From the NCBI GenBank assembly GCA_033977065.1, contig JAXCHI010000003.1, positions 628,875 to 692,874 of the forward strand: a stretch of 64,000 nucleotides of DNA, given 5' to 3'. The notes under the pieces are model-generated. The model searched no databases and was not told the origin of the DNA. It saw nothing but the letters and a program-made list of their open reading frames with translations. A program made the position numbers and the translations under genes. The DNA comes from Candidatus Algichlamydia australiensis (lineage in GTDB: Bacteria > Chlamydiota > Chlamydiia > Chlamydiales > JAJFMI01). Shown piece after piece: positions 47,989 through 57,834 of the stretch (positions are counted from its first letter, which is position 1; every line of letters starts with the position of its first letter).

Positions 47989-48826
47989 AATCTCTTAAGA
48001 TTTGGATCTCTTCGCTCCAAATTTCTGTGTTGGGTGTTTCAAGGTATTTTGGCAAATCACGTAATTTGGGATTCTGCATCATTGCTTTAAAGCCCTCATT
48101 TCCAATTTCACCTTTGCCCAGGCTGGCATGACGGTCTTTTCGGGCACCTAAAGGAAATTTAGAGTCATTTACGTGAATGGCGTAAAGATGCTTTAACCCG
48201 ACCACTTCATCAAACTCTTTGAGCGTGGCATCCCACGCCTCTTTATTACGCAGGTCATAACCTGCTGCAAAAATATGACAGGTGTCAATGCAGACGCCGA
48301 TCGGAATTTTCTTCTCTACACCTCTAATGATGTGAGCAAGATGAGCAAATTCATGACCGACAGTACTGCCTTGACCAGCTGTTGCTTCCAAAAGTAGGCG
48401 AGTGGGCCCTTGGCTTGTTAACTCTTCAATTGTCAATAAACTCTCAATGATGCGATCGAGACACTGCTCTACGCTGTCTGTTAGCGCGGCACCGGGATGA
48501 AAGTTCATGTAGGAAAGTTCTAGCTGATGGCAGCGCTCTACTTCATCAACTAAAGCTTTGCGACTTTTGATTAAATTTTCAGGATTGGGCGCACCTAGAT
48601 TCATCAAATAACTTGCGTGACTCATGATTTTTTTTAAACCAGTCTCTTCGCGCGCTTTTTTCCAGCGCTCTAACTCTTCAGTAGAGATCGGCTTTCCCGC
48701 CCACTGTCGCTGGTTGCTAGTAAAAAGTTGAATCGTTGTAGCGCCAATTCTTTGGCCATGAAGGAGCGCCTTGTGTGCACCACCAGCAGCTGAAGTATGC
48801 GCGCCGATTAAAAGTTTATCTGTCAT
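47978..48826 (-). CDS. nfo: Endonuclease IV
   Basis: The Nfo metal-site pattern is seen in LIGAHTS, NFHPG, CIDTCHIFAAGY and HVNDSK. Confidence 0.85.
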   Translation of the reverse strand: MTDKLLIGAHTSAAGGAHKALLHGQRIGATTIQLFTSNQRQWAGKPISTEELERWKKAREETGLKKIMSHASYLMNLGAPNPENLIKSRKALVDEVERCHQLELSYMNFHPGAALTDSVEQCLDRIIESLLTIEELTSQGPTRLLLEATAGQGSTVGHEFAHLAHIIRGVEKKIPIGVCIDTCHIFAAGYDLRNKEAWDATLKEFDEVVGLKHLYAIHVNDSKFPLGARKDRHASLGKGEIGNEGFKAMMQNPKLRDLPKYLETPNTEIWSEEIQILRDYAK

Positions 48827-48859
48827 AGAGGTCTATTTTCGCAGGTAGAAGCAGAAATT

Positions 48860-49315
48860 TCAAGGATTCTTCTTCTTTGCTGCTTTTCTGGATGTAAAAA
48901 AAGCGGCTGCAGAGAATACTCCTACGGCTAAAATGCGTGGGTTGCTGTGAATAAAAAAATTGCGCAGATAGGCAACCTGAGAAAGAGCAACTCCCTGAGT
49001 TAATAAAGCGCAGCTGGTAATTAGGCCTACCTTAGCGCTCTCTTTTTTTAGATTTTCATATTTTGAATGCTTGATTGCGTAACATAACAAGGAAGCGTCA
49101 GAGGCGAGCAGTATGGTGGCTGTGATAATCCAATGAGGTTTAGGCAAAGAGTAGATATTTTTATCAATCAAAAGGGCAGTAGTTGCAGCGATGCCAACAA
49201 GAGAAGTTAGCGCTGCATTTTTTGCTACATCACAGGAGTGAATTCCCTGATTCCAACTATCAAAAGTATGAACTGGTATTGCTAGCATAATTCCTCCCCA
49301 AGAGTGTTCTAGCAA
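48860..49315 (-). CDS. Hypothetical membrane protein
   Basis: It is 151 aa with 3-4 hydrophobic helices and a basic tail. Confidence 0.4.
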   Translation of the reverse strand: MLEHSWGGIMLAIPVHTFDSWNQGIHSCDVAKNAALTSLVGIAATTALLIDKNIYSLPKPHWIITATILLASDASLLCYAIKHSKYENLKKESAKVGLITSCALLTQGVALSQVAYLRNFFIHSNPRILAVGVFSAAAFFTSRKAAKKKNP

Positions 49316-49349
49316 TGCATTTTTGATGATTTCGGAAGTTTTTGTCTAG

Positions 49350-49381
49350 AAAAAAAACTGCACGTTCGTAAGAACATGCAG
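49350..49381 (-). terminator. Rho-independent terminator downstream of rpsD
   Basis: On the minus strand, the hairpin CTGCATGTTC-TTAC-GAACGTGCAG is followed by T8. Confidence 0.7.
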
Positions 49382-49522
49382 TTTATAAGAACTATGCTAA
49401 GGAGATACGAAACAATTTATTTGCCGATTCCAATAACTATACCTAGTTATTTGTGGTCTCCAAAAACTGCCTTTTAGCATTTTCTGTTCGACCTACCGGC
49501 AAAACACTTGCTCAAATATTCC

Positions 49523-50143
49523 TTAAGTGGTGTGCGCAAGGAATTCGCAAACAAGAGGAACATTGATCGGAAGCGCAAGAGGAATCTGATCAAATTCAGG
49601 AGCATTTAAAAGCTTTCCTGAAAACTTGCCCTCTTCTACCTCCAAGTAGGGGGGAATTTCGATAGAGGTATTGCCTTGAGCCTCTTTAATTAACGCGTTG
49701 TTTTGCGATTTTTCGCGAATAGAGACCACCATACCTGGTTTAACTTGGAAAGAGCGAACATCCACTTTTTTTCCATTCACAAGAACGTGTCCATGGGCAA
49801 CGATTTGTTGTGCATGAAAGATTGTGGTGGCAAGACGTAGTCGGTAGACGATATTGTCTAAGCGGCACTCAAGCTGCTCTAAGAATGCGTGTGAAGTATT
49901 TTCTTTACGACGTACAGCCTCTTTGTAGTAACGTTTCAATTTTTTCTGCGACAGCATGCCGTAGACAGCTCTTAGCTTCTGCTTCTCATCAAGCTGTAGG
50001 CCGTAATCGGACTTTTTGCGGCGTCTTGCTCCGTGAACACCAGGAGGATTGGGTTTGTGAAGCATAGGATTGCGGCGGCGTCCAAAGATATTTACGCCAT
50101 ATTTTCGTGCGATACGATTTTTCGGTCCAGTATAACGGGCCAT
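49523..50143 (-). CDS. rpsD: 30S ribosomal protein S4
   Basis: MARYTGPKNRIARKYG starts after AGAGG-TTTT-ATG. The ORF opens 11 codons earlier. Confidence 0.95.
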   Translation of the reverse strand: MARYTGPKNRIARKYGVNIFGRRRNPMLHKPNPPGVHGARRRKKSDYGLQLDEKQKLRAVYGMLSQKKLKRYYKEAVRRKENTSHAFLEQLECRLDNIVYRLRLATTIFHAQQIVAHGHVLVNGKKVDVRSFQVKPGMVVSIREKSQNNALIKEAQGNTSIEIPPYLEVEEGKFSGKLLNAPEFDQIPLALPINVPLVCEFLAHTT

Positions 50144-50416
50144 AAAACCTCTAAAGTTTTGTGCCCAAGTTGTCATCCACTTCCCCCTCTGGAGAGGTCC
50201 TTTTCGTGATCTTCTGGGTTTTGCTCTTCAGAAATGTTTAAAAACACTCCTTTCGAATCAAAGCCAAGAACCTCATCGAAAATCCCTCTCTCCATAGGAG
50301 AAATTGTTTTACACCTTAGGCGTTTAATTTGTTACCATCCATCATAGAACAAGCACATTTTTTCCACAATAGAGAACTTTTCGTAGATTCAAATAATTTT
50401 TAAGTCTTTTTGAAAA

Positions 50417-50432
50417 TACTACAAGTGTAGTA
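50417..50432. promoter_or_regulatory. BlaI/CopY-type operator (TACTACAAGTGTAGTA, core TACAnnTGTA)
   Basis: It is a perfect 7-bp dyad 10 bp upstream of the repressor gene start. Confidence 0.7.
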
Positions 50433-50442
50433 CTGTGGGCTC

Positions 50443-50817
50443 ATGAACGCTAAAAGAAAGTTTGGAGAGCTTGAACTTGAGATACTTAAGCTCATAACAG
50501 AACATGGAAGCGCAACTGTCAAAGAGATTCAAAAAAGTCTTGGGAGCGGGGATAAGTATACCTCAATCATGACTGTGATGAGCCGCTTAGTTGAAAAGGG
50601 GGAGCTGCAACGTGAAAAAATTGGTTTGCAGTATCACTATAAGCTTTCTTTGAAGAAAGCGCAGCCTGAACTTCTTGAAAGAATTAAAAAGAAAATTTTT
50701 GGGAATAGGACTGCCCCGATGGTGAGTTTTCTTCTTGAAACTGATAGCAAAATTTCAGATGCAGAGCTTGCTGAGATTGAGAAAACGATACGGAAGCTAA
50801 AAGATGGAAAAAAGTAA
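50443..50817 (+). CDS. BlaI/MecI/CopY-family winged-helix repressor
   Basis: ELEILKLITEHGSATVKEIQKSL...YTSIMTVMSRLVEKGELQRE fits the family. There is no C-terminal Cys cluster, so it is not the CopY type. Confidence 0.8.
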   Translation: MNAKRKFGELELEILKLITEHGSATVKEIQKSLGSGDKYTSIMTVMSRLVEKGELQREKIGLQYHYKLSLKKAQPELLERIKKKIFGNRTAPMVSFLLETDSKISDAELAEIEKTIRKLKDGKK

Positions 50818-51859
50818 ACTTTTCTGGTTTTTGAGTTTTGACTTGATCACCAACAGTCTACTCGCTTTATTTACAGCGGTTATTTTGGTAGAATTCGTTC
50901 TCTTCATTTTTCGTGTTAAGAGCATACGAGGCCGTATATTTGCTCGTTTGCTCCCTTTATTCAAACTTCTTCTTGATCCTTTTCTTTACGATTATTCGCG
51001 ATGGTCACTGCTGCTTGGGAAACACCCTATTTTTGCGGAGAAGGGATCACGCTATTTGAGCGTTATTTTTTCAGATCCTATTACAGGTGTTTTCTCTAGG
51101 GGGTTTCGCATCGGCTTTTGTCTTGAAGATTGCTCTTCTTTTTCTCTTGGAGATCTGGTTGCGTTTTACCTTCCCTCCCACTCCATAAAATTTGCTGTAA
51201 TCGTCTGTTTTGTTATTTCTTTTTTCCTTCTTGCATCCCGTTTAAAAAATGTTTTTTGCACAAAAAAGGTGCTACAAGCTTTTCCAAAAGAACCTTGTCA
51301 ACGCTCTTTAAAGCATTCTCTTCTTTCAGAAAGTCTCAAGAAGAGATCAATTCAAATTTATGTTTCCGATGCGATTTCGGCTCCTTGTGCTATTGCCCCC
51401 AAAGCAATTCTTTTTCCAAAAAGAGGGCTAAAGAGTTTAACTGATGAAGAGTTTGCCGTTATTGTTGCACACGAACAGCAACATTTATGCTTTAAAGATA
51501 GCACGATTCGTCTTGGAGTCTACTTCTTTACAGCACTCTTTTGGTGGATTCCCAGCTGGGGATGGCAGAGGGGATTGGAGGCCATGCAAGAAAAAGCGGC
51601 AGATACTGGTGCTTTGCGTTGGGGATTTTCAAAATTGGCTTTGGTAACAGCTATAGGAAAGTTTGCTATCCAGAAAAATGAGGAGAGCTATTCACTAATG
51701 ACAAGCGCTTTCTGTCGTCGGTGGAGCGTGGTTCGGCGTCTCAAACAGATTGCAAAACTCAACGTTCCCAAAGAGAGAAAAATCGTATGTGTGCTGAAAG
51801 GATCACTTGTTATGATTCTTTTATTAGACATCCTTTTTAGTTCTCTTTGGATTTTATAA
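50804..51859 (+). CDS. M56-family (BlaR1-like) membrane metalloprotease lacking a penicillin-binding sensor domain
   Basis: It has several transmembrane helices and an HExxH motif (VVAHEQQHL). It overlaps the repressor gene by 14 nt. Confidence 0.75.
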   Translation: MEKSKLFWFLSFDLITNSLLALFTAVILVEFVLFIFRVKSIRGRIFARLLPLFKLLLDPFLYDYSRWSLLLGKHPIFAEKGSRYLSVIFSDPITGVFSRGFRIGFCLEDCSSFSLGDLVAFYLPSHSIKFAVIVCFVISFFLLASRLKNVFCTKKVLQAFPKEPCQRSLKHSLLSESLKKRSIQIYVSDAISAPCAIAPKAILFPKRGLKSLTDEEFAVIVAHEQQHLCFKDSTIRLGVYFFTALFWWIPSWGWQRGLEAMQEKAADTGALRWGFSKLALVTAIGKFAIQKNEESYSLMTSAFCRRWSVVRRLKQIAKLNVPKERKIVCVLKGSLVMILLLDILFSSLWIL

Positions 51860-51875
51860 ATTTTTTAACCCTAAA

Positions 51876-51891
51876 TACTACAACTGTAGTA
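51876..51891. promoter_or_regulatory. Second BlaI/CopY-type operator (TACTACAACTGTAGTA)
   Basis: It has the same arms as the 50417 box. It lies 11 bp upstream of the 51903 ATG and abuts AAGGAG. Confidence 0.7.
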
Positions 51892-51902
51892 AGGAGATTT
51901 AA

Positions 51903-52310
51903 ATGAAAAAAATGCTATATGTAGCAACTTTAGCTTTATCAAGTATGCTTTGCGCTGCAAAACCAGAGGTAATTTCTATAGAAGATATTAACCCAGAAAT
52001 GATGGCTAAGCTACAAGAAAAAGAACGTGCTAAACTCATTGTAAAGATGCCAAAAGGTATGGAGCTTCCTATGAGTGTCTTGATTTACGGAGACTTTTTC
52101 TCTGCAGGCACAGGAGGTGAAGAGGCATTTACAGTAACTATAAAGCAAGATTTATTTTTAAAATTTTGTGGAGATGTCTTTTTCGCCAGTCTTGACGGAA
52201 AAAACTGGAAGAAGATGGAAGAATTTTTTACAGGCTCTTTTGGTTGGTCAGTTAATGATGAAACTGCAACAAAATTTGGCCTCTATTTAGAAGCTAATTT
52301 ACGAAAGTAA
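51903..52310 (+). CDS. Small secreted hypothetical protein
   Basis: It is 135 aa with the signal peptide MKKMLYVATLALSSMLCA. A strong AAGGAG ribosome-binding site precedes it. Confidence 0.65.
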   Translation: MKKMLYVATLALSSMLCAAKPEVISIEDINPEMMAKLQEKERAKLIVKMPKGMELPMSVLIYGDFFSAGTGGEEAFTVTIKQDLFLKFCGDVFFASLDGKNWKKMEEFFTGSFGWSVNDETATKFGLYLEANLRK

Positions 52311-52321
52311 TCACGAACATT

Positions 52322-52351
52322 GAAGGCTCAAAATTTAATTTTTGAGCCTTC
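52322..52351 (+). terminator. Hairpin downstream of the secreted-protein gene
   Basis: GAAGGCTCAAAA-TTTAAT-TTTTGAGCCTTC forms a 12-bp perfect stem. The T-tract is weak. Confidence 0.45.
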
Positions 52352-52386
52352 TTGAGAATAAATGCAAAATAGGTTTTAATTTTCCC

Positions 52387-53343
52387 ATGGAACAGTATCA
52401 AGTCATTGCATTTTACGCATTTTTCTCGGTTGAAGATCCGCACTTAGAGGTGCGGCGTCAAAAGAAATTTTTAGGGGAGCGCGATGCGCGTGGCCGTATC
52501 TATATCTCTGAAGAGGGCTACAATGGCCAAATGAGCGCTTCTCCTCAAGCTGCTAAAGAGTATATTGCCTGGATGAAAGAAGATCCACGCTTTGCAAACG
52601 TGCAGTTTAAAATCCATTTTTACCATGAGCATCCTTTTGATCGCATGACTGTCAAGTATCGCGAGCAGATTGTTGCTCTAGATGAAAAAGTTGATATGAA
52701 GCTGACTGGAGAGCATGTTTCTCCCGAGAAGTGGCGGGAGATGCTCGAGTCGCGCGATGAAAATACGATTTGTATTGATGTGCGCAATAATTATGAGTCG
52801 GAGGTCGGCCACTTTGAAGGAGCCGAGTGTCCTAACTTAGAGACATTTCGCGAATTTCCCGAATATGCAAATCAACTTGCCAAACGCTTAGATACAAAAA
52901 ATACCAAAGTGATGATGTACTGCACTGGTGGTATTCGCTGTGAGCTCTATTCTGCTTTGATGAAAGAGCGCGGTTTTGAGAATGTCTACCAGCTTGACGG
53001 TGGTGTAATCAATTACGGCCTTCAAGAGGGAGCTAAGCACTGGAAGGGCAAGCTCTTTGTATTTGATGATCGTATGGTCGTGCCGATTAGTCAGGATAAT
53101 GATGAAGTGCTCACTACATGCAAGGATTGTGGCGCACCTTGCGATCACTATTTTAATTGCGCGCATATGGACTGCAATAAACTTTTTATTAGCTGTATGG
53201 AGTGTGCGAAGAAAGCGGACGGTTGCTGCTCTAAAAAATGTCTTGAAGAGGGTCGCGTGCGTCCCTTTGATCCTAGGCACGCACCTCGTCCTTACCGTCG
53301 TTTGAGTAAAGAGGAAAAAGAGCACCTTGTGGGAGCTGAGTAG
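52387..53343 (+). CDS. trhO: Rhodanese-domain tRNA uridine(34) hydroxylase TrhO (UPF0176/YceA)
   Basis: The N-terminus YQVIAFYAFF and the rhodanese active-site loop CTGGIRCE are present, with a C-terminal Cys cluster. Confidence 0.8.
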   Translation: MEQYQVIAFYAFFSVEDPHLEVRRQKKFLGERDARGRIYISEEGYNGQMSASPQAAKEYIAWMKEDPRFANVQFKIHFYHEHPFDRMTVKYREQIVALDEKVDMKLTGEHVSPEKWREMLESRDENTICIDVRNNYESEVGHFEGAECPNLETFREFPEYANQLAKRLDTKNTKVMMYCTGGIRCELYSALMKERGFENVYQLDGGVINYGLQEGAKHWKGKLFVFDDRMVVPISQDNDEVLTTCKDCGAPCDHYFNCAHMDCNKLFISCMECAKKADGCCSKKCLEEGRVRPFDPRHAPRPYRRLSKEEKEHLVGAE

Positions 53344-55516
53344 AGCAAATGGGGCAAAGCGCTCCTTCGCTCTAACTTCTCCTCACGGTGACTATGAAGA
53401 AGTCGCAATGCGTGATGCGATTGCGCGTCTAAAAATACTTGCCATTTCTGGCGGTCTCTCCTGGAAAAAACAGAAGCTAATTTGTGACTTGCTCTCTCCC
53501 TATTTTTTGGAGCTTTCTGCATTAAAAGAGGGCGATGAAGTTCTTGTAGAAGCCTCCATTATTCGAGGAACAAGTAAGACCTCTTTGCAAAAATGTGTAG
53601 AGCTTTTTCCTGCTCCGATGCCTATCGCTCTGCTTCCCCCTTTTCTCTATTTTGTAGATGCCGATTTGCGTCTGATGCAAAAATTTCTTTCTGGTAGTGC
53701 ACTTTTTTCTCATGCGGAATGGGAAGAGGTTAAGCGCGACTGTGATGAGAATGTTGCTATTGTTGAAGAGGGAGAGTCAGGGCCGTTACTCTCTCTGCCA
53801 AAATTGATTTTACAGGATGAAACAGGCGCTTTTGGGAAGACAGATGCCAAAGAGTGGGAAAACGATCTTCTTGAGGTTGGCTATCGCAAAGCTGCAGAAA
53901 AATTTTACTGTCCTAGCGATTGCGCTCGCTTAGCTATTTCTAAGCTCTTACAAAAAGGATGGGAAGTAGAAGATGCAAGGGGACGAAAGGTTCTTCTGCA
54001 AAGTGGTGTGAGTTACACAAGGTCTGATGAGGGCGTGCGAGGAAAGGCCCATTTTGGAGAGGAGGAGAGGGATTTTTCTGATCTTGAGATGAAAATGCAA
54101 TCGCCGCTTATCTCCTTATCAGAGACGAGTGTAGGACTGCTTGATCGAGAAGAGCTACCACAAGAGTTTATGGGACGAAAAGCCGCGCTCTCCAATGTTG
54201 AGGCAGCAAGTATTGGGTTTAAGGGGATAGATCCAGGCGAAGTGTCTCCAGGTCAGTATTTTATAGGAGAACTTTTTCCCTATCAACAGCAGGGAGTCAA
54301 CTGGCTTCACCTAATTTATGCCAACGGCCTTAGTGGAATTTTGGCAGATGAGATGGGACTGGGAAAGAGTGTCCAACTCTTGGCATTTTTTTCAGGGTTA
54401 AATGTGCCACATTCACTCCTCATTGTGGCGCCCACTTCGCTACTTGAGAATTGGCAGCGTGAGGTCCAGAAATTTTGGCCAAATGGAAATCCCTATCTCT
54501 ATTATGGAGAAGGGCGAGATCCTAGTAAGCTTAATAATCAAACACTTGTCTTAACCTCTTACGCGATTTTGCGGCGCGATTGTGAGGAGTTATCAAAAGA
54601 GAAGTGGGGAGCTATTGCACTGGACGAGGCCCAGGTGATTAAAAACCCTAAAAGCCAAACGTTTCAGGCTGTCCTTAAGCTTCAAGCTCCTTTTCGTCTT
54701 TCGATTACTGGCACGCCTATTGAAAACCACCTTCAAGATCTCTTTACCCAGTTTCGCTTTCTCTTTCCTAAGAACCGATTTACACAGACAGAGCGCACTA
54801 AACCTTTTATCTTAAGGCGCACAAAAGAGGAAGTTGAGCTTGATTTGCCTGAAAAGCTCGAGCAGATCGTTTATGTAGGTATGAACGAGGAGCAGCAGTC
54901 TGCCTACGATGCAATGCTTGAGAAGACACGTCAAGAAGAAGATCTTACCCAAATACAAGTTCTAGAGAGGCTCTTGAGATTAAGGCAGATCTGTTGCGAT
55001 CCTAGGCTAATTGAGCCGGAAAATAAGCAGAGTGCAAAATTTGAGAGATTGCTTGCCGATTTAGAAGAGCTTGAAGGGAAGAAGGTTTTAGTTTATAGCC
55101 AGTTTACCCAGATGCTCTCTCTAATAGCGAAGGAGTTAGATAAAAGAGGCAAAAAAATTCTCTATCTTGATGGCAAGACAAAAAATCGAATGGAGCTTGT
55201 AGATCAGTTTCAAAATGATTCCAGCTGCAATATTTTTCTCATAAGTTTGAAGGCGGGCGGAGTTGGTCTCAATTTAACGGCGGCTGATTACATACTGATT
55301 TACGACCCTTGGTGGAATGAAGCCGTTGAAAATCAAGCGATTGACCGCGCCCACAGGATTGGCAGGAAGGGGACGGTCATCGCTCGAAGATATGTTACAA
55401 TCGGCAGCCTAGAGGAGAAGATCATGCAGCTAAAAGAGCGCAAGCGCCTGCTTGTCGAGCAGTCTCTAAGTTCCGAATCTGTTCAATTTGAAGAGTTGAA
55501 AAATCTCTTATCCTAA
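53327..55516 (+). CDS. SNF2-family helicase (second copy; the start may be at 53408)
   Basis: Motifs are DEMGLGKSVQ, DEAQVIKNP, GTPIENHL and QAIDRAHRIGR. Confidence 0.85.
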   Translation: MWELSRANGAKRSFALTSPHGDYEEVAMRDAIARLKILAISGGLSWKKQKLICDLLSPYFLELSALKEGDEVLVEASIIRGTSKTSLQKCVELFPAPMPIALLPPFLYFVDADLRLMQKFLSGSALFSHAEWEEVKRDCDENVAIVEEGESGPLLSLPKLILQDETGAFGKTDAKEWENDLLEVGYRKAAEKFYCPSDCARLAISKLLQKGWEVEDARGRKVLLQSGVSYTRSDEGVRGKAHFGEEERDFSDLEMKMQSPLISLSETSVGLLDREELPQEFMGRKAALSNVEAASIGFKGIDPGEVSPGQYFIGELFPYQQQGVNWLHLIYANGLSGILADEMGLGKSVQLLAFFSGLNVPHSLLIVAPTSLLENWQREVQKFWPNGNPYLYYGEGRDPSKLNNQTLVLTSYAILRRDCEELSKEKWGAIALDEAQVIKNPKSQTFQAVLKLQAPFRLSITGTPIENHLQDLFTQFRFLFPKNRFTQTERTKPFILRRTKEEVELDLPEKLEQIVYVGMNEEQQSAYDAMLEKTRQEEDLTQIQVLERLLRLRQICCDPRLIEPENKQSAKFERLLADLEELEGKKVLVYSQFTQMLSLIAKELDKRGKKILYLDGKTKNRMELVDQFQNDSSCNIFLISLKAGGVGLNLTAADYILIYDPWWNEAVENQAIDRAHRIGRKGTVIARRYVTIGSLEEKIMQLKERKRLLVEQSLSSESVQFEELKNLLS

Positions 55517-55708
55517 TGGAGGCATGGGAGGCCGCGGATCATCGCTCTTGCGATCCAGCATCTCAAGCGCCGCCTCTTTAAGGGTTTTTAGGCCCTCTTC
55601 AAAGCCGATCTCTTTTAAAAGCTGATCGAGGTAGCTACGCTCAGCTTGCAATTGATCACATAGGGATTCTAACTTGGCAACTTTTCTTTCCAAATGGTTT
55701 GTGGACAT
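55508..55708 (-). CDS. Small coiled-coil hypothetical protein
   Basis: MSTNHLERKVAKLESLCDQLQAERSYLDQLLKEIG. The ORF opens at 55756. Confidence 0.4.
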   Translation of the reverse strand: MSTNHLERKVAKLESLCDQLQAERSYLDQLLKEIGFEEGLKTLKEAALEMLDRKSDDPRPPMPPLG

Positions 55709-55775
55709 GGTTTTATTCTCCTGTTTTTGTTTATACAGAAGCAAAAACCGTGCCAAGTGGAAGAAATTTTAAAAA

Positions 55776-56222
55776 TTAATTCTTAAGATGCTGATTTTCA
55801 AAGGAGAGAATTTTTTTCTTCATCCAAACGCCAAAACCAAATCCTCCAATACTGCCATCTTTTGCAATTACGCGGTGGCAAGGAATAAATAGAGGGAGGG
55901 GATTGTGGTGGAGAGCCATGGCAACCGCCCTGCAGGCAGTCGGTCGGCCAATTTTTTCGGCTAAACCACTATATGAGATCGTTTGACCAAAGGGAATTCT
56001 AGCTGTCTCTTCAAGGACGATTCTTGAGAAAGGTCGAAGCGGAAGGGGCTTTAGGAGGTGGGCTAAATTTTTCCCTTCTAGATATTCTCCCATAAAAGAG
56101 AAAGGCTCCCCAATAATTTCAAATTGGGAAGCCTTTTCAAGTCTAGTTTTTACAATAACTCCATCCTCCTGAAAGATATGGAGTCGAATGGTTAACTTAG
56201 AAAGTGCCTTGTCCATTTGCAC
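55776..56222 (-). CDS. ogt: Methylated-DNA--protein-cysteine methyltransferase
   Basis: The active site reads IPCHRVIAKDGSIGGF. Confidence 0.85.
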   Translation of the reverse strand: MQMDKALSKLTIRLHIFQEDGVIVKTRLEKASQFEIIGEPFSFMGEYLEGKNLAHLLKPLPLRPFSRIVLEETARIPFGQTISYSGLAEKIGRPTACRAVAMALHHNPLPLFIPCHRVIAKDGSIGGFGFGVWMKKKILSFENQHLKN

Positions 56223-57201
56223 GTTCTAACTGAATCGCGATATCGCGCTCACGCTGCAATAGCTCATCATATTTGTTTTTTGATACCATCTCATTGTTAT
56301 AGAACCACTCTCGTTTTGTCTGTCCATCAAGATAGACAATCGACACGCCGTGACGCTTTCCTGCGACCCACTGGTTCTCTTCAATAAGCTTGGTGCCATC
56401 CATGTAAAAGCGTTCAGGACCGTGCTTAAAACCGCTGTTGTAGCTCACCTCTAAATAGAGAACCCCATTTTGAAAGTAAGAGCATACACCGTGAGGTTGT
56501 CCCTTGTAGTAGTTCTCAATTGAGACGGGTTCACCACTCTCAGCAAAAACTCTTTTCTCTCCGTGGTAAGTACCGCCTGCGAAAGAGACGATGCTGCTAG
56601 GTGTTCCATTTTTGTGGAATGTTTTGCGCATTGTGACAAAGCCCTCTTCAATTTTTTCACTTGAAAGAAGTAGACCTTTTGGATCGCGGGTAAGGCGTTC
56701 ACCTTGGCCGTTAGTAACGCGCGCTTCGCACTCATTTTTTGTATTAAAATACTCAGCAGAAGCAAGAGCTTGATCTTGGTACTCTTCAACAGCTCTTGGC
56801 GAGCCTAATTTGTACCAGGAGGTCATTTTCAGTCTGCTAGGGCTTAAGTGTTGCTCTTCACGAACGGGCAAGCCCTTCACATTGTAAAAAGTCTTTTTTG
56901 TTAGAATCCCATGAGAATAAATCTCCACAGACTCCAACGTTTGGCTGTGAGGATGGGTATAAGTTGTAGGGCCGTCTAAAAATCCATCATCGTAAGTTGA
57001 TGTGATCGTTACGCCATTGCGCATAGTTGTGATGACCTGGCCTGGATAGTGATTGTTTTGCCACTCATCCGGTGATACGTCATAGCCATACTTGTGAATA
57101 TAGCGTTGAGAAACTACCTCGCTCTCGCGACTGCGATTATTATTGTCGTGGCAGCCAGCCAAGGCGAGAAGTGTAAATAGGGAAAGCATTTGCTTTTTCA
57201 T
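56197..57201 (-). CDS. Lipoprotein with MORN-variant (YwqK-like) repeats
   Basis: The lipobox is LLALAGC. The repeats look like YHGEKRVFAESGEPVSIENYYKGQPHGVCSYFQNGVLYLEVSYNSGFKHGPERFY. Confidence 0.65.
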   Translation of the reverse strand: MKKQMLSLFTLLALAGCHDNNNRSRESEVVSQRYIHKYGYDVSPDEWQNNHYPGQVITTMRNGVTITSTYDDGFLDGPTTYTHPHSQTLESVEIYSHGILTKKTFYNVKGLPVREEQHLSPSRLKMTSWYKLGSPRAVEEYQDQALASAEYFNTKNECEARVTNGQGERLTRDPKGLLLSSEKIEEGFVTMRKTFHKNGTPSSIVSFAGGTYHGEKRVFAESGEPVSIENYYKGQPHGVCSYFQNGVLYLEVSYNSGFKHGPERFYMDGTKLIEENQWVAGKRHGVSIVYLDGQTKREWFYNNEMVSKNKYDELLQRERDIAIQLERANGQGTF

Positions 57202-57228
57202 GAATTACCTCAGAAAGTCGTCTTTCCT

Positions 57229-57825
57229 TTAAGAATTACGCAATGGGAGGTAAAATTCAAGAGTTTTTCCTGAGAAATAATAAAAGGGAATCACTGTAAC
57301 TAGATAGAAAATTCTTTGTTGAAAACTCGCAGGAGAATGAGGTGTTCTGAGTTTATATGGTTTTAGCAATGGAGAAAAGATAACAGCCATTCCCAAAATT
57401 CCCAAACCAATTTTGTTTATGCTCATCTTATTTTGCTGCGCTCTACCTAAAACAAAGTTTTTTATTTGGTTTCTAAGTGGGGTAATAAAGGGAGAAAAAA
57501 AGAAAGAAGTAGCTCCAAAATTTAAAATCATAAATTGTGCAATGCGCTTTGCGCTCTTGAGATGAGGAGCGCTACGATAAAAGAGGCAGGCTGATAAGAC
57601 AAAAGCAAGAGGCGCAAAGGCTGCATAAGGCGCATGAAGCTCTTTTTCATCGATGTAATCTCGTAAAAGTTTTCCAAGAGGTAAGCAGTGGAATGCTGTG
57701 GCACAAAGAGATGTAGCCGTTAGAAATTGAGCTGAGCCAAATAAAGATTTGAGCCCGACTTCTTGTGTAATGACTTTTGTGTAGTAAAAGTGTGTCCCTA
57801 TTGCTGTGATTCCAACTGCAGTCAT
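57229..57825 (-). CDS. Membrane protein, short member of the tandem paralog family
   Basis: It is a 198-aa polytopic protein. It keeps the family motif FHCLPLGKLLRDYI (compare IPVGK in the neighbours). Confidence 0.5.
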   Translation of the reverse strand: MTAVGITAIGTHFYYTKVITQEVGLKSLFGSAQFLTATSLCATAFHCLPLGKLLRDYIDEKELHAPYAAFAPLAFVLSACLFYRSAPHLKSAKRIAQFMILNFGATSFFFSPFITPLRNQIKNFVLGRAQQNKMSINKIGLGILGMAVIFSPLLKPYKLRTPHSPASFQQRIFYLVTVIPFYYFSGKTLEFYLPLRNS

Positions 57826-57834
57826 GAAGACAGT

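Noticed and set aside
50804..51859. The BlaR1-like protein as evidence of beta-lactam sensing or beta-lactamase regulation
   Set aside because: The protein ends shortly after the M56 protease domain and has no penicillin-binding sensor domain. No beta-lactamase or PBP2a gene is adjacent.
52888..53325. A 145-aa minus-strand ORF
   Set aside because: It is antisense to trhO, whose rhodanese CTGGIRCE loop fixes the plus-strand frame.
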